Below are positions 35,246-43,024 of a DNA stretch of 43,024 bases, in pieces. Location: assembly GCF_004010195.1 (NCBI RefSeq), contig NW_025214405.1, forward strand, positions 1 through 43,024. The letters run 5' to 3'. Below the pieces are notes generated by a model, which was not told the origin of the DNA, made no database searches, and saw nothing but the letters and a program-made list of their open reading frames with translations. The position numbers and the translations under genes were made by a program. The DNA comes from Chiloscyllium plagiosum. Its lineage: Eukaryota. The stretch's first letter is position 1; the number at the start of each line of letters is the position of its first letter.

Positions 35246-36472
35246 GAGGACCACACTGCAGAGTTTTCTATCTTTGTGTGAGCCCATCTTTAGAGGAGGT
35301 AGCTCACCCAGGGATGTTCCTTGTTTAGCAGTAGCACTTATTTTCTGGATTCCATCATTCTGCCTCTTGTGCAACTCATTCTTTTATGTAATTGACAAAA
35401 CCACTGCCACTTAGATGGAAAAGGGCAGAACATTCTCCAAGCTACATACCAATGTGACTTCACATTATATTGCCATTCCTTCACTCCTGGAACCTCCTTC
35501 CTCAGAGCAGTGTGGGTGTACCTATACCACATGGATTGCCGTAATTCAAGAAAGCAGCTCACCACATTCTAATTGGAGAAAGGCAATAAATCCTGGCCTA
35601 GCCAGAGACATTTGAGAAATGAACATTTAATAAAACTTAAAGTAGACTCTGTCGGATACAAGTCTGGCCAGCAAGATTCCACTAGTCCAGATTCGTTGCA
35701 GTCTCTTTCTGCAGCCTAGATGCTGCCCTGCTCTTGAAGGTCTCATTCAATGTACTTTATCAGCTCATTTTTGGTTAGGCCTGTCTTCTTCTTAAATCTG
35801 GTAATGTTGTTATATCTGGTGGTAATGCAACTTGGTAAACACTCACATTATTTCAAAACCTCGCTTAAAGTCTCTTGGGATCCAGTTTGAAAATAATTAA
35901 CTAACATTCTGATTGAGGAGCTTCTATTGAGCGGAGATCTCTTGTCTCCCTAGTCTGCTCATCTATCTAAACATTATTTTCATGCTGAAATAGATCCACC
36001 TTTTGCCAAGGAATCCGACCAAATTTGGGTTAGAAATCAGCATAAATTGCCTTCAAGGATAGCCAGTGAGTGAGTGTTGGAAATCTCTCAGCTGCCTGTC
36101 AACAATATTTTAAAAATGTAAAGTTGGCAGTGGCACCAGTGTGGAACTATAAGAGGCCTTTGCTACCAATATTTTTGTGCTTTAAATAAATCTCTTGATG
36201 GTAGGGTCTAATGGGCAATTCCTGTGTTAATCAGAGTAAGTAACAGGAGAGCACATGGGAGGCAGGAACTGTAGCAGATCATTCGACTCTTCTTCAATTA
36301 ATGTTTTTTCCCTGAGACCTTAAACAAGCTGCTAACTTAGCTTATTATACCCAGTGAAGATGGGTTCCTTCTGCATCTGGAGATTTCATCTAAGCAACTC
36401 TAAACTTCTCCCCAACCTGGCTCTGACTGTTCTGTGGTGACTTCTATGAACCGTATCTATGCTGCAATTGAC

Positions 36473-36785
36473 GATTAGATTGGATTACCTATAGTGTGGA
36501 CACAGGCCCTTCGGCCCAGCAAGTCCACACTGACCCTCCAAAGAGCAAACCACCCAGACCTATTTACCTACTCCCTACTAATGCGCCTATCACTATGGGC
36601 AATTTAGCATGACCAATTCAGGTAACCCGTACATCTTTGGACTATGGGAGGAAACTGGAGCACCCGGAGGAAACCCACGCAGACACGGAGAATGTGCATA
36701 CTCCACTCAGACAGTCGCTTTGAGGCTGGAAACGAACCCAGGTTCCTGATGCTGCGAGGCAGCAGTGCGAACCACTGTGCCGCCC
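36473..36785 (-). mobile_element. HE1-type SINE
   Basis: Reverse copy with the same central domain and tail. Confidence 0.9.
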
Positions 36786-37239
36786 AAACTTCTCTCTGAA
36801 TGAACCTGTTCCTAGCCCCCCCTGTCTCTGGGTTGTAAAACTAAAGTTAGAAAACACCATTGCAATAATTACCTGATAATAATTTAGCTAAAAATCACAG
36901 TCTCTTGGGAATGGTTTTATCATTGTTTATTGTTCAAAATGACACTCTGACCTTGCAAAATAAAACAAGTTAGATCTTCAGAAAACTGAAACCTAAAATT
37001 CATTTTCTTCTGCTTCAGAATGTAAGTTTCTATATTATTACATTACATTATGAACTTTCAGCACACAAATATAAAATCTGACAATAAGAGTTTGAGTATG
37101 TAAAAAAGAAAGAGTACATAAAAAGAACATTAGTTTCTTGGAGATGAGAGTTAATATTGGGAACCAAGGAAAGGGCTTTAGCATGTATTTTGCATCTGGC
37201 TTCTTTCTGGAGATGAGAAAAATTACTCCTACCATAATT

Positions 37240-37636
37240 CAAGACATTCATATGTTCTTTGGGAATATAACAAGCAGTGCGGATAAAGGGGAACTAATAG
37301 TTCTAGCACAGTATGTTGATTGCAGAAGGATTTGATAAGCTAAAAGTTTACTGCACAAGATGACAGACCATGATGTGGAAGATATAATTCAGGATAAAGA
37401 ATTGGCTAACTAACAGGAAATAGAAAGTTGTTTTCAGTTTGTTAAACAGTAACTAATGCAGGGTCATAGGAGTGCACCTATTTGAAATCTCTATTAATGA
37501 CTTGGATGAAGGGACAGAGTATCTTGTATCCAAATTCTGATTACATAAGAACTCTGAGGTGAACAGAATCTCTGGGATATAAATAGGTACAGTGAGTTGG
37601 CATGAATTTAGCTGGAGCATAATGTGTGAAAATATG
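37240..37636 (+). mobile_element. Decayed CR1 RT fragment
   Basis: attaatgacttggatgaaggg (INDLDEG), aaggatttgataag. Confidence 0.7.
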
Positions 37637-37956
37637 AGATTAGATTAGATTCCTTACAGTGTGGAAACTGGCCCTTTGGCCCAACCAGTCCACACCAAGC
37701 CATCGAAGAGTAACCCACGCAGGCCCACTTCCCTCTGACTAAGGCACCTATCACTATGGGCAATTTAGCATGGCCAATTCACCTGGCCTGCACATCTTTG
37801 GACTGTGGTAGGAAACCGGAACACTCGGAGGAAGCCCACGCAGACACAGGGAGTATATGCAAACTCCACACAGACAGTTGCCTGAGCCTGGAATCAAACC
37901 TGGGACCCTGATGCTGTGAGGCAGCAGTGCTAACCACTTGAGCCACCATGCTGCCC
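37637..37956 (-). mobile_element. HE1-type SINE nested in an old CR1 fragment
   Basis: Reverse copy; CR1-like sequence continues on both sides. Confidence 0.9.
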
Positions 37957-38679
37957 TTTTTGGTAATAGGAACAGAAAAGCATAATATTATTTAATATCT
38001 AGTTGTATAAATACTGTGGCTGAGAGGTACTTAGTATTCTGCAGCAAGTAACTCACCACCTGGGCCTTCAAGATCTGACCATCATCTACAAGATCCAGTG
38101 ATGGAGTACTCAGACTTGCCTTGATGAAAAAAATGCCATTAACAATCATCCAGGAATAAGCATGAATAACCATCTGATCAAGCAACATAAAAAAAAAATC
38201 TGCCCTCCATCACCAGCACTTTGCAGCTGCAATGTGTTCAAAGCAAAAGATGCACTGCAGTCTAGAACATGATGAGGGCATCAGATGCATGGGACACCAA
38301 CACTTCTCGTGTCGTCTCCAAACTAATTTGTTGTCCGTTCCTTTATCGTTGCTGAGCCAAGATTTTTGAATTTCCTATCAAACTGTGTTTTGCAGGTACT
38401 TTCAACAAGGTGGTTAAAAGAGATTACTTATCACCTTTAATGGCATTCCCAAAAAAACAACTTTGCATTTCTTTAATTGTCATGCTATTTAATAGTTTAG
38501 AGGGTGCTGGGTAATTTTAGTTTCAAAAAAAGTAAGGGAACTTTTAAAACTGGAATGCATTCAAATTTATATTCTAGCTCACTAGCTAAAATTTAGTGTT
38601 AAATAACTTAAGAATTTTTCAGTTGTGTAGTAATACAGATATAAATTTGAGGTTATCTAAGTACCTAAAATAGAATGGA

Positions 38680-39540
38680 GAATATATGAGCAGTAATAGA
38701 CTATTTACTCCTTCAAGCCTGCTCCACCCTTCATTAAGGTGGTTAAAAACAATGACTGCAGATGCTGGAAACCAGAGCTTAGATTAGAATGGTGCTGGAA
38801 AAGCACAGCAGTTCAGGCAGCATCCGAAGAGCAGTAAAATCGATGCTTCGGGCAAAAGCCCTTCATCAGAGATACACCATTCATTAAGATCATAGCTGGA
38901 CTAATTATGTCTTTAACTCCACTTTCCTGCCTGACCCTCATAAAACTTCATTCCTTTGTAGATTTAACTCCACTTTGAATATGTTAAATGATGCACTCTT
39001 CACTCCTCTCTGTGGAAGAGAATTCCAATGATTAATGAACCATTTGAGTGAAGAGATTCTTCTTCTTCTCCAATTTAAGATTAGGTGTCTCCAGTTTTGA
39101 AACTGGGTTCTCCAATTATCAGTTCCTGGCAAAGGAAACATTCTCTCCTTATCTACCTTGTTAAGTCTACTCAGAATGTGATTCATTTCAAAATGATCAC
39201 CTCATTCTTCTAAAGTCCAAGGAATATAGACCAAAATTACTCGACCTTTATTCGTGAGACAACTCTTTCATCCCCAAAAAAAATCAACCCAGTGAATGAT
39301 CTGAAGTACCTCCCTTGCAGACACATCCCATTTTAAACTCTATGCAATATTCTGGGTAACAGAGAGACCTTACCTAAATAGCAAGCCTTTACTACTTACA
39401 TTCTCAATCCTCTTCACAATAAAGGCCAATATTCCATTTTCATTCTTAATTACTTGCTGTACCAGAATGCTAACATTTTGTGATTCTTATGAGAACACAG
39501 AACCTGCTGTACTCTAGCATTCTACAGTCTTTCTCATATT
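38680..39540 (-). mobile_element. Decayed CR1 3' fragment
   Basis: WNSLPQR...NIFKVEL remnant and 3'UTR. Confidence 0.75.
38741..38870 (-). mobile_element. Short Penelope family A insertion in a CR1 3' end
   Basis: Same terminal repeat as other family A copies. TSD cacc(c/a)ttcattaag at 38725-38738 and 38875-38888. The hammerhead GAAA box is mutated. Confidence 0.85.
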
Positions 39541-39569
39541 AAATAGTAATGAACCTTACCAAAAGGGTA

Positions 39570-39898
39570 TCACTAGCTAGGCCAACATTTATTGCCCATC
39601 TCTCATTGACAATCAATTGCTCTTGGCCAATCACATTGCTGTGGACCTGACATCATGTGTAAGCCAGACCAGGTGTGGATGGCAGATTTCTTTCCCTAAA
39701 GGATATTGGAGCCAGATTTAAAAAAAAAAATCTGCAATAGTTTAATGATTGTCATTGAACTCTTAATTCCAGACATATTTTTAAAATTGAATTCAAATTC
39801 CTCCATCGGCCATGGCTGGACTTGAACCCAGGTTGCCATAAAATTATTTGGGTCTCTGGATTAATAGTCAAGTAGTAATACCACCATGCTATTGCCTC
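39570..39898 (-). mobile_element. tRNA-derived SINE sharing its 3' tail with the LINE at 17.2-18.6 kb
   Basis: Minus head gaggcaatagcatggtggta...gggttcaagtccagcc. The tail gggcaataaatgttggcc matches 18549-18564. Confidence 0.7.
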
Positions 39899-40418
39899 AT
39901 AGATATCTTCCAGTCAACCTGTTTTGAGACACCAGAATGTGTATTCCAGAATGTGTGATCAGGAGACTATCATCCTTCCTGATGCTCTGCACTGACTTCA
40001 GACTGCCCCTCGAGCTTTGCAATCCTGAATTTGAGCTCAGACAACTGGAGACACTTCAATGCATATAGTCCATTGAAGTAACAGGGAATGGTTGGGCCTA
40101 GGACACTGCACTTGCACTAATGTCCTGAGCCTCAGATGATTAATTTCAAACAATCTAAACCATCTTACTTTGTGTAAATAGGACTCCAACCAATAGAGCA
40201 TTTTACCCTGATTCACTTTAAGTTTACTTTTGCTTGTTATATCTTGCAGTCAAGTGCTGCTTTGACATCAAGTGGAATCCTTTATCTCACCTTTTGGAAT
40301 TCACCTGTTTATCCATGTTAGCACCATGACTACAATGAGTTTGAGGCCAAATGATCTTAGTGGGTCAGTTAGTAGGGTAAAGGCCTTTGCTGATTTAGAG
40401 TAGACTAATGCAATAATT

Positions 40419-40672
40419 GCTGAAAATGTGTTGCTGGAAAAGCGCAGCAGGTCAGGCAGCATCCAAGGAACAGGAGAATCGACGTTTCGGGCAGGAGCCC
40501 TTCTTCAGGAATGAGGAAAGTGTGTCCAGCAGGCTAAGATAAAAGGTAGGGAGGAGGGACTTAGGGGAGGGGCATTGGAAATGCGATAGGTGGAAGGAGG
40601 TCAAGGTGAGGGTGATAGGCCGGAGTGGGAGTGGGGGTGGGGGCAGAGAAGTCAGGAAGAAGATTGCAGGTT
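40419..40672 (-). mobile_element. Penelope family A-like 3' end with intact hammerhead motif (40481-40508)
   Basis: Minus strand CUGAAGA-A-GGGC-UCCU-GCCC-GAAA-CGUC, preceded by a C-rich 3' region like that at 19.9-20.0 kb. Confidence 0.85.
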
Positions 40673-41659
40673 GCAGGATACCTGTTGTATCTAACACCTT
40701 TCATGGATCAAACTATCCTTTAAAAAGGAAGAAATATGATCCCAAAATGACTGGAGTAGTCACCTGACCACAGATTGAGGAAAGTTTCAGGATATCCATG
40801 TGGAATACCTTTGCAAATGAAGCTGTGTACACTGAAATTACCATTTTTAACTAAAACCTTAAAATCCAGCAGCCTGCATGCCAGCTGAAAGAGCTGTCTG
40901 TCACTTAACTGCTAGGAGAAACAATGAGGCTGGCCTTCACAATACACACAACTGCAGTGTTTTTGAGCAACAGAGCAGAGAGAAAGAATAATGATTTTGT
41001 GACAACAGGAATGACAACTTACTCCTTGCTTATTTTCTCACTTCTGAATCTCGCACCTGTGGGAAGGGGTGGGGGGAGGGCAAATTAGACAAACAACCTT
41101 TCATTAAGAAATCAATGATATCTACAGATTTGTCTGCTGCTGTGCATATGAATCAAAAATTAACCAACTATGGCTTCAGGTTTACAATCTAACGCCTCAG
41201 ACTCTAGGGATTGTTTAGTATCATAACCCTTATTCTACCTAGATGTACACCTTTTTAAACGTTTTACCTGTTTGTGAATATGCTTGATATTATTTTTATT
41301 GTTTTCTTGGGGTTGATATAAAATTCCTGTTTAACTAAAGAAAATTGAGTCCTTAATTTTTCAGTGAATTCTGTTTTAATTGAAATGTGATAGCTGCTTG
41401 CAGAAAAAGAGGAAAATAATTGTTGGAACAAAAAGGCAGAAGTCAATTCTGTTCCTCCTCACCTGAGAAAGTTCTACAGCAGCTTGGCTGGAATTATCTC
41501 TACGTCCATGGTACGTTTTTAGCTCTGCAGCCAGGGTTTTGTTAGTACCTATAGCTTTTAACATATCTGATCTATTCAGTAGTTTTTAAATTGCGAATTG
41601 ACTATAGACTGGCATCTGTGATGCAGAAACCTTCAGAAATGACCAGAATAGACCAGCCA

Positions 41660-42660
41660 CTTGGCATTTCTGACTGATGATGGCTGCCAATGCTTCAGCC
41701 TTGTGTTTTACATTCAAGTTCAGCCCAGCCTTCATTGTTCATACAATTTCATACTTGACATTGGTAATTTAGTTGTCCATCACCATTCACGATTGAATAT
41801 AACCGGACTGCTATTTGACTGAGACTGTTGGTTGTGGGGTCACTTAGTTCCATTAACAGCATTCTGTTGGAACCTTGTTCTCTTGATGCATTAGGTGTTG
41901 TGTCCTGCAAGCTCTTCTACAATCCTCATTGAGCCAGGGTTGGTCATCAGTTAGTGTGAGGACTCTGTCAGGTCATGTGGCTAAAGTTTATATTGAAATA
42001 TAATTCTGTTGCTGCTGATGTGCCCACAGTGCCTCATTTATACCAAGTTTAGAAATGTTAAATTGTTCTATATCAATCCTACTTAATACAATGATAGCGC
42101 CATGCAACATGGAAAGTATTTTCAGTGTGAACACTATGTAGTAATCACTGCTAACAGTATTGTCATGGACAGATGCATCTGTGTCAGATTGGTAATGACA
42201 AGCTATTTTTTACTCTTGCCTCCATTTTCTTGCCACGTGCCAGAGGTCTATTCCAGCAGCTATGTGCTTTAGCAGCATGATTTTAACAATCTTGGTGTTG
42301 GCTATTGAAATCTCTTCACTAGACTACAGTCTCTGTTTATTCATTCTTTCAAATGGTGTTTAACATGGAGGAGTAATGGTCCATCAACTGATGGATGTTG
42401 GCAGGTGGTAATCAACAGGGCTTTATCTTGCCAGTGTTTAATGTGATGTCATGAATGTTTGTGGGATCTTGAGTAATATTGAGCACGCAAGACTATTTCT
42501 TCCTTGTTAAATGTAACTGTTGTCGGCTCTGTTCAGTCTGCCCTTCCTATGGGACAGTACAGAGATGGTGATGAAGGAACCTGGGACTTTTGCTGAAAAT
42601 GAGACTGTAAGAATTACTTTGTCAGGTTTATGTTTGACTAATGAATAGAACACCTCTTCC
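41660..42660 (-). mobile_element. Ancient LINE endonuclease-region relic (related piece at ~39905-40410)
   Basis: ttgtccatcaccattcacga, gctgctgatgtgcccacagtgcctcat, catggaggagtaatggt..tcaactgat..ggcaggtggta; degenerate. Confidence 0.5.
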
Positions 42661-43024
42661 AATTTTAGCATGTCTCCAGATGGAAATGAGGAAGATTTTA
42701 TTGAGTTGACAGAGAGAGCTTGAACTTGCCAAAATATTATTCTTGAACATGATCAAGTGGCCGTGTCTAAAAATTACTTTGGATGGAAATAATTTTGAAT
42801 CAGAAAATTTCAGAAAAAGCTTTGTCAGTAGTTGAGTGAATCAAGGCTTGGTGTGCTTTTGCTGCATCTGTATCTAATGCTAAGGTAAGTGTTTAGTTCT
42901 TATGGTTATAATATTTTTAGCAGTTTTATACACCTGAGTGACTTGCTCTGTTGTTCATGAGGAAAATTAAGAGTTAATAATTTTGCTGAGGGTCTGGATT
43001 TGCATCTAGGCCAGACCAGGTAAG

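Noticed and set aside
31624..43024. Second NUCB2 coding exon (DTGL.YD..L..VI)
   Set aside because: Searched by eye and not found; presumably it lies beyond the window.

Overview
This is eukaryotic, repeat-dense, mostly intronic or intergenic vertebrate DNA. The repeat complement (HE1-type SINEs with (TCTAA)n tails, HER1/CR1 LINEs, DeuSINE-like relics, abundant Penelope-like elements) points to a shark or other elasmobranch; this is an inference. The one host gene I can identify is nucleobindin-2 (NUCB2, the nesfatin-1 precursor) on the + strand. Its first coding exon (31480-31617, 46 codons, too short for the ORF track) has canonical splice sites, and a CpG- and motif-rich putative promoter/5'UTR lies at ~21.4-22.6 kb. 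The next coding exon was not found in the window. Most of the remainder is retroelements: a full-length decayed L1 (10468-16251, minus strand, 16-bp TSD, YY1 motif at the 5' end), many CR1 and L2 fragments, four HE1 SINEs, and at least three sequence families of Penelope-like element ends carrying minimal type I hammerhead ribozyme motifs. Several of the Penelope-like inserts are short and TSD-flanked or form fold-back hairpins. Several unexplained exon-like segments on the minus strand hint at an unidentified or decayed antisense gene. There are no prokaryotic features or CRISPR arrays. Boundaries of old repeats are approximate, and family names are from recognition, not database searches.
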